Made by a program: the position numbers and the translations under genes. This document shows positions 46,776 to 56,502 of a stretch of DNA of 64,000 nt, one piece after another (position 1 is the first letter of the stretch; each line of letters opens with the position of its first letter). The notes below the pieces were generated by a model, which saw nothing but the letters and a program-made list of their open reading frames with translations, had not been told where the DNA came from and searched no databases. Source of the stretch: an uncultured archaeon (GTDB taxonomy: Archaea; Asgardarchaeota; Hermodarchaeia; Hermodarchaeales; Hermodarchaeaceae); contig CAYFXC010000001.1 in the NCBI GenBank assembly GCA_964347045.1, positions 128,001-192,000 of the forward strand, in the 5' to 3' direction.

Positions 46776-47954
46776 TTAATGAAATGGCATCCTTTCACGG
46801 CGGAGTTTTAATACACTCTGGGGATATCCTAGCCGATTGGCTAATTGTGTAAAAAGAAAATCAAGATCATGTTCAATTAACCGGGCTTGAGAGTCAGCAT
46901 CGATTAGCACAGTAGGAAGCGCAAAGCCCTCATTATTTGAAGACATTGGAAATAACATCGCGCTAACTTTCTCAACAATTCGAATTGGGTCATAAGCTCC
47001 AGTGAGAATTTCAATTCGTAAAGGATAATCAAACTTGGCCGTTCGGAGATAAATACAAACAATATTTTTGCTAGTCTGTATGCTCTCGTCGCCGGATTCA
47101 AGTGAATCATCGATATTTAATTCGTTTAATCGGAGAATTGGCGAACGTTCTCCCACGTCTAGGATTCTGAAAAATAAATCTGTGTCGTAACTGGTTCGCA
47201 AAATCGATCGATAATCCATCTGTAACAACGGTTTCAACGCGGGATATTTATTTATCAAATGTGGAAGAATTTCACCTAGAATCTTAATGAACCGTTGACT
47301 TCGACTATCTTTCACAACACCAGCAAGAAGCGTCCCAGTTTCTTGAGCTTTTTTATAGAGCTCTTCATACAGCTTTGAAATCAGTTGAAACTTGGTTGAA
47401 AACATTGACTGACTTGGTGGGCGGTCACTTAAATGTGGACTCAGAGAGCCGTCTAGTAAAAGGAGCTCTACTGGATGGTGATCTTGGACACGGATTGCCA
47501 ATTCAAGTTCTGACTTGAGTCGTTCAAGGGAAGCGCTTACGTCTGCTTCGCGCCAAGAGATGGGATTGAATTCTGCTTTTACGGTTGGGGGCGTTGTTTT
47601 TTCAGGGAAATAGATTGCTGCTACTCGGTTTGATGGAGTATATTCAAAAATAGTGGCACAAGCTCGAGTAATTACTAGCTCGATACCTCGTAGGGTTTTT
47701 TTGAGTAATCCTCCATCAACTCCACCTACACGAAGTCCGGTTAAATCTATAGGCTTCACTGAATTGGCTAATTGATTATCAACAAGATAGTTTTGGGCTA
47801 GTGGTAGGTTCTGATGAAGATTTAGCTTGTTTCGTTCACTTCGAAGAATTGAAGCAAAGGTATTTCTTTTCTTTTCATAGGCTTGAATTTGCTCAGCGAT
47901 TTTCTGAATTGCTTTATCTAGCGGCCAAAGCTCCTGAACTGATTTCATATACAT
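46776..47954 (-). CDS. nurA: NurA nuclease
   Basis: GVDGG, LLDGSL, GVVKDS, P..LIDADSQAR; directly upstream of herA. Confidence 0.9.
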   Translation of the reverse strand: MYMKSVQELWPLDKAIQKIAEQIQAYEKKRNTFASILRSERNKLNLHQNLPLAQNYLVDNQLANSVKPIDLTGLRVGGVDGGLLKKTLRGIELVITRACATIFEYTPSNRVAAIYFPEKTTPPTVKAEFNPISWREADVSASLERLKSELELAIRVQDHHPVELLLLDGSLSPHLSDRPPSQSMFSTKFQLISKLYEELYKKAQETGTLLAGVVKDSRSQRFIKILGEILPHLINKYPALKPLLQMDYRSILRTSYDTDLFFRILDVGERSPILRLNELNIDDSLESGDESIQTSKNIVCIYLRTAKFDYPLRIEILTGAYDPIRIVEKVSAMLFPMSSNNEGFALPTVLIDADSQARLIEHDLDFLFTQLANRLGYPQSVLKLRRERMPFH

Positions 47955-48032
47955 TATCCCCGTCTAAATATTCTCATTTAGACTTATCAGAGTCTAAAAT
48001 TAAATCATGGTAACACACTAAAAACACCACCA

Positions 48033-48599
48033 ATGTCTATTGTTGTTCCCTCTATCCAGAAAGCTAGAATTCTGCTTAATGAATCTGTATCAGATCTAAA
48101 TATACGAAAACATTGTGAAGCCACTCGAGAAAAAGCGCTTCAAATCGCAATAATGGTTTCAGTAAAAAAACAAATCAACTTTCAATTAATAGAGGTCAGT
48201 GCATTGCTTCACGACATTGGACGAGCGCGCGTCCATGATGTAACACATGGGTATGTTGGTGGGAAGATTTTACAGCACCATTTGTATCCTTGGAGCGTTG
48301 TTAGGATCGTGGAAAGACACGTTTTGGGTGGATTTTCAGATATTGAAGCTGATATGGTTGGGCTTCCGAAACGTGATTTTGTACCTCAAACATGGGAAGA
48401 AAAGATTGTGTGTGTTGCCGATAAATTGGGAGTATTCGAATGGGCAGGAATTCGCCAACCACTAGGATGGTTAGCAGAGGTGAATGATCGCTTTGCTAGG
48501 CTTTCTAAAAGGTATGGGCTGGTTGAACCTTTCAAAGCTTCAATGAAACGTGCAAGGCGCTTTACTGAGGAATTGGCAGCTCTTGCCATATTAGACTGA
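48033..48599 (+). CDS. HD domain phosphohydrolase
   Basis: KHC, LLHDIGR, HG, ERH, EEKIVCVADK. Confidence 0.88.
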   Translation: MSIVVPSIQKARILLNESVSDLNIRKHCEATREKALQIAIMVSVKKQINFQLIEVSALLHDIGRARVHDVTHGYVGGKILQHHLYPWSVVRIVERHVLGGFSDIEADMVGLPKRDFVPQTWEEKIVCVADKLGVFEWAGIRQPLGWLAEVNDRFARLSKRYGLVEPFKASMKRARRFTEELAALAILD

Positions 48600-48603
48600 A
48601 AAG

Positions 48604-49392
48604 TTAGGGAAAAAGAATCATTGACAACATTGGTGGATAAATCAGCAACGCGCAAAGAAAAATTATCACAGCTGTAAGAAGTGGAACTGTAACATTGTCA
48701 AAACCTGCTGGACTAACTCCTTCAATTAAAGTTGCCGTTAAAGCACAAATCAGACCAAGAATGGCTATCTGCACTAAATTGAAAATTGGAAACCCACCTG
48801 TGGAATAAAAGTCTAAAACAACCCAACAAATCCATGCTCCTACAAATGATGCAAAAAATACAGCTATGGACCCCTCAAGGCTTCTGGTTGATTTGCCAAC
48901 CATATATTGATGCCTACCATATCTTGCTCCAATGATGGGGGCAATCCCATCACCTAGATACATTGCCGCGAGTGCCATCGCCGCCAAGACAAAGAATGGA
49001 GTTAGAATGGGGATTAGTGTGAAGGTCGAGACGAGGATTGTAATTGAAATGGCGTAAAGAAATGGCCCCCAAATATGTCCTGAGAGATAGTCTTCCTCTC
49101 GTGCCATTACTTCAAACATAGTTTTGAGACTCTTTATAGGACTTTTTGGTGAGGCAAGTAAAATAAGAATAACAAAGGAAAATGCCACAATTATTGCCGC
49201 CCAAGAATGTGTATAAAAAGGAACTGTAAACACTGAGAAACCAGCGAATAGATGAATAAATTTACGCGTCATGGCTGGTGGATAATTTCGCCAGCGGCGC
49301 AAGCCTTCTCCGATAACCAGAACTGCGATAACCCAAATGAAGGCAATTGCTAAAACTATTAAATCAATTGGGGTAGGAAACGGTTGTTGCAT
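48604..49392 (-). CDS. Dolichol/phytol kinase-like (SEC59/DGK1/VTE5) membrane protein
   Basis: TRKFIHL, GDGIAPIIG, RSLEGS, FDNVTVP. Confidence 0.87.
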   Translation of the reverse strand: MQQPFPTPIDLIVLAIAFIWVIAVLVIGEGLRRWRNYPPAMTRKFIHLFAGFSVFTVPFYTHSWAAIIVAFSFVILILLASPKSPIKSLKTMFEVMAREEDYLSGHIWGPFLYAISITILVSTFTLIPILTPFFVLAAMALAAMYLGDGIAPIIGARYGRHQYMVGKSTRSLEGSIAVFFASFVGAWICWVVLDFYSTGGFPIFNLVQIAILGLICALTATLIEGVSPAGFDNVTVPLLTAVIIFLCALLIYPPMLSMILFP

Positions 49393-49488
49393 GTAAAACC
49401 ACCTGGTTTATCGCCTCGCGTCTTATACTTCCATCTATTTATAGTCCGTGTGAGTCATCAAAGATGCTTTAAGGTGAGAGGTGTTTCT

Positions 49489-50235
49489 ATGGTTATAATG
49501 GACCAAGATACACGTGAAGACTTACTCCGAAGTATTGCTGGCGAAATCACGCTAGCTGAGAATCCAGGAAAGGTAATGCGTAAATGGCGCGAACAGTTTA
49601 GCGTAGCTCAACGTGAATTGGCGCTTCATCTTGAGATTTCTCCTTCAGTGATTAGTGACTACGAAAGTGGACGAAGGAAATCACCTCGCGTCGAAACAAT
49701 TCGAAAATTTGCTGAAAGCCTAGTAGCGATTGATGAAAGCCGGGGAGGTCAAATCGTCAAAGCTTTCATCCGGTTACTTGGACGGGATATCCCCTCTGAT
49801 ATTCTCTTAGATATTCGAGAATTTCCTGCCGCAATTCCTGCTAAACTCCTAATAGATCATCTTGAATGCAAAACCATAGTTCAGGACATCATTCAAGATC
49901 GTGAAATCTTTGGTTATACGACAATTGATAGTCTTCGTGCGATTCTTCAACTTACACCGGAACAAATGATCAAACTTTATGGGGCTACCCCGCATCGTGC
50001 CGCGATTTTTACACGTGTTAGTACAGGGCGATCACCAATGGTTGCTATTCGAACATCGCAAATGGGATTAGGTTCTGCGGTTCGTCCTTCAGTTGTCATT
50101 CTTCATGGGCCCAAAAAGGTGGATTCTGTTGCTTGTAAAATTGCCGAAGTTGAAAAAATTCCGTTGTATTTATCCCTAATAAAAGAAGCCTATGATCTTA
50201 TTCGAAGACTAAGAAACTTTAAGCCAGAGGTGTAA
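49489..50235 (+). CDS. Archaeal XRE-HTH transcriptional regulator (COG1709-like)
   Basis: IAGEITLAENPG..RKWRE, SVISDYESGRRKSP, VSTGRSPMVAIR. Confidence 0.88.
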   Translation: MVIMDQDTREDLLRSIAGEITLAENPGKVMRKWREQFSVAQRELALHLEISPSVISDYESGRRKSPRVETIRKFAESLVAIDESRGGQIVKAFIRLLGRDIPSDILLDIREFPAAIPAKLLIDHLECKTIVQDIIQDREIFGYTTIDSLRAILQLTPEQMIKLYGATPHRAAIFTRVSTGRSPMVAIRTSQMGLGSAVRPSVVILHGPKKVDSVACKIAEVEKIPLYLSLIKEAYDLIRRLRNFKPEV

Positions 50236-50242
50236 AACACAA

Positions 50243-51010
50243 TTGCACGCTCTCTATTTTGTTGGCACAGCTGGCTCTGGAAAATCAACCCTTACACATA
50301 ATTTTGCGCGTTGGCTGGGAGATGCGAAACTAAGTGTAGGTACAATAAATTTAGATCCTGGGGTTTTACAGCTACCTTATGGACCTGATATTGATGTTCG
50401 AGATTTCGTTTCTCTTCAAGGAATTATGGAAAAATACAATCTAGGTCCAAATGGCGGATTGATTGCATCAATAGACCTAATAAGTTCTCATCTTGAAACA
50501 ATTCAAGAAGAAATTAAAGATCTTGGCGTTGATTTTCTCCTCTTTGATACTCCAGGGCAAATCGAGCTATTTGCATTCCGAGAGACAGGACCCATAATTG
50601 TTTCCAGCCTTGCTGAAGAGAGCCGAATGCTAATCTATTTAGTTGACGCAGCCTTGGGAAAAACTCCTGCAGGATTGATTTCTTCGCTCTTGCTTTCGGC
50701 ATCAGTTTTAGTACGATTCAATTTACCACACCTTAACGTCCTCTCAAGGGCTGATCTACTCAATGAGCACGATATGGAACAATTGACCGACTGGCTTGAT
50801 GACCCAACTCAGCTCATTTACTCCCTTCAAGAATCGCGTAATGAATTACAAGCCGAATTATCCGGCGAATTGGTAAATGCTATTCACAAGATCTTTTCGG
50901 GTCTTGATGTAGTACCCGTGTCTGCATTGAATATGGAAAACCTAGACTTGTTATTCTCTCATGTTTCAAACACTTTAGTCGGGGGAGAAGGCTTTGAGAC
51001 GTTTAGATAA
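50243..51010 (+). CDS. GPN-loop GTPase
   Basis: GTAGSGKST, NLDPG, LGPNGG, DTPGQIELF. Confidence 0.94.
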   Translation: MHALYFVGTAGSGKSTLTHNFARWLGDAKLSVGTINLDPGVLQLPYGPDIDVRDFVSLQGIMEKYNLGPNGGLIASIDLISSHLETIQEEIKDLGVDFLLFDTPGQIELFAFRETGPIIVSSLAEESRMLIYLVDAALGKTPAGLISSLLLSASVLVRFNLPHLNVLSRADLLNEHDMEQLTDWLDDPTQLIYSLQESRNELQAELSGELVNAIHKIFSGLDVVPVSALNMENLDLLFSHVSNTLVGGEGFETFR

Positions 51011-51073
51011 CTTTGTTTTACTAAAAGATTTTAACTTGGCTAATCTTGTTGTATGAAGCACTCGGTGAACTCT

Positions 51074-51787
51074 ATGCCTAAAGTCAATGATATTATTTCA
51101 ATGGCGCGTTCCGAAAAGCGTACCTATCTACTGGAACATGAATCCAAGACAATAATGAAAATTTACAAACTTCCAGTAATGCAGTTTACGGTGGCTGAAA
51201 CAGAAGACGAAGCAGTAAAGGCGGCGGATACGATTGGCTATCCTGTGGTTTTGAAAATTCTAAGCCCCGATGTGATTCACAAAAGTGATGTTGGTGGCGT
51301 GATAATTAATGTCAAAGATGCTGATGAAGTTCGAGAGGGTTTCAAGACTATAGTTGCCAACGTTAAGAAACATAAGGAAAATGTACAAATTCGTGGAATA
51401 TTTGTTGAAGAGTTTGCCCCGAAAGGGGTCGAGGTTATCATAGGAGCAATAAAAGATCCTCAATTTGGTCCCGCACTCATGTTCGGATTGGGTGGCATTT
51501 TTGTTGAAGTACTTAAGGATGTGAGTTTCCGAGTAGCTCCGATTACAAGTTACGATGCTCAGGAGATGATTCAAGAAATCAAGGGTTATCCTATTCTAAC
51601 AGGAATTCGAGGGCAGGAAGCCCGTGACATAAAAGCGTTGGCTAATATTTTGCTTCAGGTCTCTAAGTTAGTAACAGATTATCCAGTTATTAACCAACTC
51701 GATTTGAATCCTGTCTTTTCTTATCCAAAAGGTGCAAAATGTGTCGATGCACGGATAATTTTGGAAGAATCTAATGAATCTGAATAG
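51074..51787 (+). CDS. acdB: Acetate--CoA ligase (ADP-forming) beta subunit
   Basis: GYPVVLKILSPDVIHKSDVGGV, DPQFGP, FGLGGIFVE, LDLNP, VDAR. Confidence 0.92.
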   Translation: MPKVNDIISMARSEKRTYLLEHESKTIMKIYKLPVMQFTVAETEDEAVKAADTIGYPVVLKILSPDVIHKSDVGGVIINVKDADEVREGFKTIVANVKKHKENVQIRGIFVEEFAPKGVEVIIGAIKDPQFGPALMFGLGGIFVEVLKDVSFRVAPITSYDAQEMIQEIKGYPILTGIRGQEARDIKALANILLQVSKLVTDYPVINQLDLNPVFSYPKGAKCVDARIILEESNESE

Positions 51788-51915
51788 ATTCATATTCTTT
51801 TATCAAGGATTTGCCTAGGAGGTGTTAGTGCTCCGTTAGTTTTAAAAATCCCTCTTGCATACTCCCTCTCACTTTAAAAAATCGCATTAGACGTTTTCTT
51901 GTATAAGGTGGTATA

Positions 51916-52785
51916 GTGGCCGAGGACGCGGTTCTGCAGCTTGCCGAAATTAACCGGCTCGCGACTTCATTGCGTGAGAAGCGTGATGAGCTAAATACTG
52001 AAGCTCAACAGCTAGTTAAAGAAAGGGATAAACTCAATGCACAGGTTGCTGAGTGGCTCTCAAAGGCTCGTGAGCATCGTGAGAAACGTGATGAGTATAA
52101 TCAGAAAGTCGCCGAATTCAAAGTTAAACGAGACGAAATCTATACGAAATTAAAAAGCAAAGTAGATGAGCGTCAGGACAATGAAGATGAGGTAGAAGGA
52201 ATTCAGAAGAAGACTTCGGCGCCATCACATGTTCTTCGCCGAAAAATTCGAGAACTCGATTGGTCTCTACAAACGCAAGTTTTAGATTTAAAACGTGAGC
52301 GGGAAATTATCGAAAACATTTCAGAACTTGAAGCGGAACTAAGAGTTGCAGAAGAGGCTGTAACAAAAAGAAAAGAAAGTGCAAAGGCGCGAACAGAAAT
52401 TGAGGACTTACGATTGCTAATGAATGCGCACCATAATTCTGTTCTTGAGTTTGCAAGACTTTCTCAAGAAGAGAACCAGTATATGATTGAAGCATATGCA
52501 GAGGTGGATGCACTTCGAAAACGGGCAGATGAAGCACATCGCAAATATTTAGAAACTCGACGTGAAGCTGATGAGACTCATCGACGATTTCTAGAAGCTA
52601 GACAAGAAAATACTCGCCTGAGAAAAGAACTAGGAGAAATCCGCATTCGAAGGCGTGTGGAGAAAATCCAGGAAATCGGGGAACGACTTGAAGAGAAAGC
52701 GTCTGTGGCTCTTGAGAAGCATAAACGTGGGGAACGTTTGACTATGGAAGAATTCTCTCTTCTCATGAAGCGTGGATTGCTTTAG
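51916..52785 (+). CDS. Archaeal coiled-coil protein (COG1340-like)
   Basis: Heptad-rich; RDELN repeats, LQTQVL, C-terminal GERLTMEE. Confidence 0.85.
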   Translation: MAEDAVLQLAEINRLATSLREKRDELNTEAQQLVKERDKLNAQVAEWLSKAREHREKRDEYNQKVAEFKVKRDEIYTKLKSKVDERQDNEDEVEGIQKKTSAPSHVLRRKIRELDWSLQTQVLDLKREREIIENISELEAELRVAEEAVTKRKESAKARTEIEDLRLLMNAHHNSVLEFARLSQEENQYMIEAYAEVDALRKRADEAHRKYLETRREADETHRRFLEARQENTRLRKELGEIRIRRRVEKIQEIGERLEEKASVALEKHKRGERLTMEEFSLLMKRGLL

Positions 52786-52791
52786 AAAATC

Positions 52792-53211
52792 TCAACTAGC
52801 GATTGGAAGAATTATGTCTGCGGCGTTTTGTAAACCTCTATTTATCTTAGCCGCAGTATATAACAAAATCACTTCTTTTCCAAGTTCCCTCGCGCGACTT
52901 AATAGTGGTAAAAGGTTTTCATTTTCGGTTGTAAGGGCAATCGTTGTGATTTTTTCATTATAAATGAACTCCATTGCCTCTAAAGCAAAATGGATATCGA
53001 GGTCATCGTGGACGATAACCGGAACGAATCCTTCCTCAGCAATAATTTTGGAATACTCAACAGCTTGATGTTGTAAAATGACTACCTTTCCAACCTTTAT
53101 GTCGCCAATTTCTTCTAGGAGTGGTCGAAGTTTGGGTAAAATTCCTGAAAGATCTGAGGAAACGCCGCTGTCAACCAATAACGCTACAGCGTTCTTCTTT
53201 TTTCGCCTCAT
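52792..53211 (-). CDS. NYN/LabA-DUF88 domain protein, degenerate active site
   Basis: LLVD, GDIKVGKV, DLDIHFALEAMEFIYN, GKEV, LQNAAD. Confidence 0.8.
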   Translation of the reverse strand: MRRKKKNAVALLVDSGVSSDLSGILPKLRPLLEEIGDIKVGKVVILQHQAVEYSKIIAEEGFVPVIVHDDLDIHFALEAMEFIYNEKITTIALTTENENLLPLLSRARELGKEVILLYTAAKINRGLQNAADIILPIAS

Positions 53212-53222
53212 TTCAGCTTCTC

Positions 53223-54014
53223 CTAGTTTCCAAACCGACGGTCTCTCTGTTGGTAGGTTCGTAGCGCACGCCAGAAATCAATTTTCCTAATCTCCGGCCA
53301 AAAAACATCTGCGAAATATAATTCAGAGTAAGCGGATTGCCAAAGTAAGAATCCGGACAACCTTTCCTCTCCCGAGGTTCGAATGATAAGTTCAGGATCA
53401 GCAATACCTGCGGTGTAGAGGTGTTTTTCAATTGTAGCATCTGTGATCTCGGATGGATTAAGTGTTCCTTTTTGAACTTTTTTGGCTATGCTTTTAACGG
53501 CGTCTACAATCTCTGTACGGCCGCCGTATCCAATTGCCACGTTTAGGTTAAAATTATCATAGTCAGCTGTTGCGTTCTCCGCTTCTTGAATTGCATTAAG
53601 CACACTAGTTGGGAGTAGAGTTAGTTGACCAATGGCACGAACTTTAACTTTGTGACGATGGACGACTTCTGATCGAGCTACAGTTTCAAATCTTTCTTGG
53701 GCTAAAGCCATGATATGTTGAACCTCTTCTTCTTTTCTGGTAAAATTCTCCGTGGAAAAGACGTAAATGGTTACAACTTTTACTCCGGCTTCAAAGCACC
53801 AGTCGAGAACTTCATCGATACGTTGAGCACCAACCGAATGTCCGAAGGTACTGTCTTGGTTCTGCTGTTTTGCAAATCGCCGATTTCCATCTAGAATAAT
53901 ACCTACATGCATGGGCATTGGGTTATCCTTGATTTGGCGCCAAAGATACCACGAGTATAGATGATAGATCGGTCCTACAAGGTTTGTCACTGATAAGTCT
54001 CCGGATAGAGCCAA
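53223..54014 (-). CDS. uppS: cis-Polyprenyl diphosphate synthase
   Basis: ILDGNRRFA, FSTENF, YGGRTE, RTSGEERLSGFLLWQ, RRFG. Confidence 0.96.
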   Translation of the reverse strand: MALSGDLSVTNLVGPIYHLYSWYLWRQIKDNPMPMHVGIILDGNRRFAKQQNQDSTFGHSVGAQRIDEVLDWCFEAGVKVVTIYVFSTENFTRKEEEVQHIMALAQERFETVARSEVVHRHKVKVRAIGQLTLLPTSVLNAIQEAENATADYDNFNLNVAIGYGGRTEIVDAVKSIAKKVQKGTLNPSEITDATIEKHLYTAGIADPELIIRTSGEERLSGFLLWQSAYSELYFADVFWPEIRKIDFWRALRTYQQRDRRFGN

Positions 54015-54059
54015 ATGCTCTAGGTATTTAACCTTTGTTTTTAAGAATTTTCGAAGTAA

Positions 54060-54443
54060 TTATCGGATCAACTTTTTGGCGATTTTCTTTGCCGCCCGTT
54101 CCATATTAATAAAAACTAATCCGAGACCAGCAAGAGATTCAGTATTGGTGCTCACCATTAACACTGAATCCGATCCAACTGCAACCATAATAACTGCTCC
54201 AGATCCTCCTTGAGCATAAACTTGGTGTAAGGCGCCTTTCTCTAAATCTGATGCTGCTCTTTCTCCAACGGTTAGTAAAGCTGCACTCATTGCTGCTAAA
54301 AGGGTTTCATCGTATTCTTCTGGAAGTTTGGCTGCAATGGGTAGTCCATCAATACCAACGACGACAGCGGCTTCTATTTCTTCAACTGTCTCTGTTAAGC
54401 TCTCCAAAATTTTTTCAATTTCTGGGGAACTTGATATCATCAA
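54060..54443 (-). CDS. Roadblock/LC7 domain protein
   Basis: AAVVVGIDGLPIA, AAMSAALL, LGLVF. Confidence 0.9.
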   Translation of the reverse strand: MMISSSPEIEKILESLTETVEEIEAAVVVGIDGLPIAAKLPEEYDETLLAAMSAALLTVGERAASDLEKGALHQVYAQGGSGAVIMVAVGSDSVLMVSTNTESLAGLGLVFINMERAAKKIAKKLIR

Positions 54444-54450
54444 TTTTAGT

Positions 54451-55038
54451 CTAACTCGCGGATGCTTTTGCAGAGGTTTTAGGATACAAATGATACATCA
54501 AAATATCACGAGTTACTTGGCGAAACGCACGTTTAACATTTTCACCTGTAAGGGCACAGGTTGTGAAATTTGGGGCGTTCCCTAACCCCAATTTAGCCAA
54601 CATGATGTCTTTTTTCATAGCATTTTGTAAATCTTGTTTGTTCAACATTACTACAAGACTGATGGAATGTCCGAGGTCCTCACTCACAAACGATCGAAGC
54701 TCTGCCATGCTCTCAATATTTGCGTCCATTTGATCAGGTGACGAGTCTGCAACAAAAATAATTCCATCAACACCGCTTAAGATAACCTTTCGTTGACCCC
54801 TGTGTCGACGCTGACCAGCAACAGTGTAAACATCAAATACTACCTGGGCTGTTGCCTGCATTGGTGTATAATCAAAAAATAGTGTTCGTCCAGTGTGATC
54901 CGCAACCGAAGTGAATCCGCCTTTATTTAGCCCCTCAACGTGATCGTAAATCCAACGTAGTGCTGTTGTTTTACCAGATAACGAAGGTCCCCAGAAGACG
55001 ATTTTAAAATGTATTCTTCCCTGCGTGTCTTTCTTCAA
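54451..55038 (-). CDS. MglA-type small GTPase
   Basis: FKIVFWGPSLSGKTT, RTLFFD, YTVAGQ, GVDGIIFVADS, NKQD, CALTG. Confidence 0.92.
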   Translation of the reverse strand: MKKDTQGRIHFKIVFWGPSLSGKTTALRWIYDHVEGLNKGGFTSVADHTGRTLFFDYTPMQATAQVVFDVYTVAGQRRHRGQRKVILSGVDGIIFVADSSPDQMDANIESMAELRSFVSEDLGHSISLVVMLNKQDLQNAMKKDIMLAKLGLGNAPNFTTCALTGENVKRAFRQVTRDILMYHLYPKTSAKASAS

Positions 55039-55084
55039 AGTAGGACGGCTCCTTTGTGTTCGCGTTGCTTCTATCCCGTCCCCA

Positions 55085-55555
55085 CTAACCCTTCTCGAGT
55101 TCTCCCAATGCAGCTTTAAGCTCTTCCCGCTCAGCGTCGGTCTTCCCTGCTGCTACAGCAGGCTTTTCAGCCATAAACTCATCAAGAACTTTCGCTAGCT
55201 CAGCAGCGGCCTTCATCATGGTTAAGCGTATCATTCCAATATTTACTTCCTTATCAGTAATTACACACAATACGCCTTTTCCTGCACCGGCTGCAAAAAT
55301 TTTACCATCACCAAACTCTGATGTCACGATTGTTAAATCACCGACATCTAAACTCTTCCCTTGTTCTTCACTAGCACAAAACACGGCACTCGCTATTGCG
55401 CCAATGCCATCTACATCCACTGGATAATATGAGAACTTAGAGACGTGAGCGATGGTTAGTCCTGTTCTATCGACGAGGATGGTCTTCTTGATTCCTGGTT
55501 CGGATTTGATGACATCGGAGAGGATTTCATCAAATTGCCGTACGGTTATGGACAC
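55085..55555 (-). CDS. Roadblock/LC7 (MglB-like) protein with C-terminal extension
   Basis: LVDRTGLTIA, IGAIASA, NIGMIR; linker plus terminal helix EREELKAALGELE. Confidence 0.88.
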   Translation of the reverse strand: MSITVRQFDEILSDVIKSEPGIKKTILVDRTGLTIAHVSKFSYYPVDVDGIGAIASAVFCASEEQGKSLDVGDLTIVTSEFGDGKIFAAGAGKGVLCVITDKEVNIGMIRLTMMKAAAELAKVLDEFMAEKPAVAAGKTDAEREELKAALGELEKG

Positions 55556-55636
55556 GGTTTATCCCTTTCCATGGGGCTAGCTTGGCTTTATCTTCGGGAG
55601 ATGACTTTTAATTCTTGTGTGGAGAACGTGGGAGTC

Positions 55637-55924
55637 TCATCCTCTCATGACGATGAGAATGTAGTCTTCTTCAGGGGCTACCATGACTTCTCCTTTGGGT
55701 GTTGAGATGGTAAGGAAGTTCATGCCGCCTTCTCCTAGTTCATCAACAACACGTTTGGCTTTGCCTACCAGCGATGTGACAAGTGCTGCAATAACCTCAG
55801 TTGTTTCAGCACTTAGATTGGAGCTAATTGGTAGACCTTCCATATTTGTAATAATGACGCCACGAACTCCTTCATGGGCGCCAAGGCGTTTGAGTGAGTC
55901 TTTTAGTGCTTTTCCGCCGATCAT
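55637..55924 (-). CDS. Roadblock/LC7 protein (short, DYNLRB-like)
   Basis: [42 protein letters not shown]. Confidence 0.9.
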   Translation of the reverse strand: MIGGKALKDSLKRLGAHEGVRGVIITNMEGLPISSNLSAETTEVIAALVTSLVGKAKRVVDELGEGGMNFLTISTPKGEVMVAPEEDYILIVMRG

Positions 55925-56123
55925 TGTACTCCACACTCTCTAGCCACTGACTAGTGGTCTCTTATAGATGTTATAAAAGTTCCCTCTTGTTCGGAGATAA
56001 TGTAGAAGTTTTGAAAAAAACTATTGCTTCCGTCTTTCTGACGGACAGTTTTTAAACATTGACACCAAATCCTTTCTATCGCAACCATTATTGCCATGTT
56101 CACTGGCGATGGGTGTGGCTTTC

Positions 56124-56489
56124 ATGCTCGGAAAGAAAGAAGTTGAACAGATTCTTGCAGACATCATGGATACTATTCCTGAACTTGAGGGGATCATCGC
56201 AGCCTCTCAGAGTGGGAAGGTAATTGCAGGACAGACCTTGCGAGATATGGACCATAGTGCAATCACTTCAAGCGTTGTTGCCCTCTTAAAAGAAACAAAG
56301 ACGGTAAACAAGGCTGTCGATCAAGGCCCTGTGCAATCTATCTATTTGGAAACAGACAAAGGTTATACTGTGGCCGTTACTGCTTCAAAAACACTGGTTG
56401 TTGCCATCGCCGGAAGGGATGCGGCTCCCAGTTTGGGTCTTATAATCAGGAGCCTAAGATCAGCAGTTGATAAGATTGGAAAAAGCTAG
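56124..56489 (+). CDS. Roadblock/LC7 domain protein
   Basis: IPELEGIIAASQSGKVIA, SLGLIIRSLR. Confidence 0.8.
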   Translation: MLGKKEVEQILADIMDTIPELEGIIAASQSGKVIAGQTLRDMDHSAITSSVVALLKETKTVNKAVDQGPVQSIYLETDKGYTVAVTASKTLVVAIAGRDAAPSLGLIIRSLRSAVDKIGKS

Positions 56490-56502
56490 TAAAACTTTTT
56501 TT

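Noticed and set aside
51916-52785. Coiled-coil protein as ESCRT-III/cytoskeletal novelty
   Set aside because: Matches the widespread archaeal COG1340-like pattern; no Snf7/MIM features recognised
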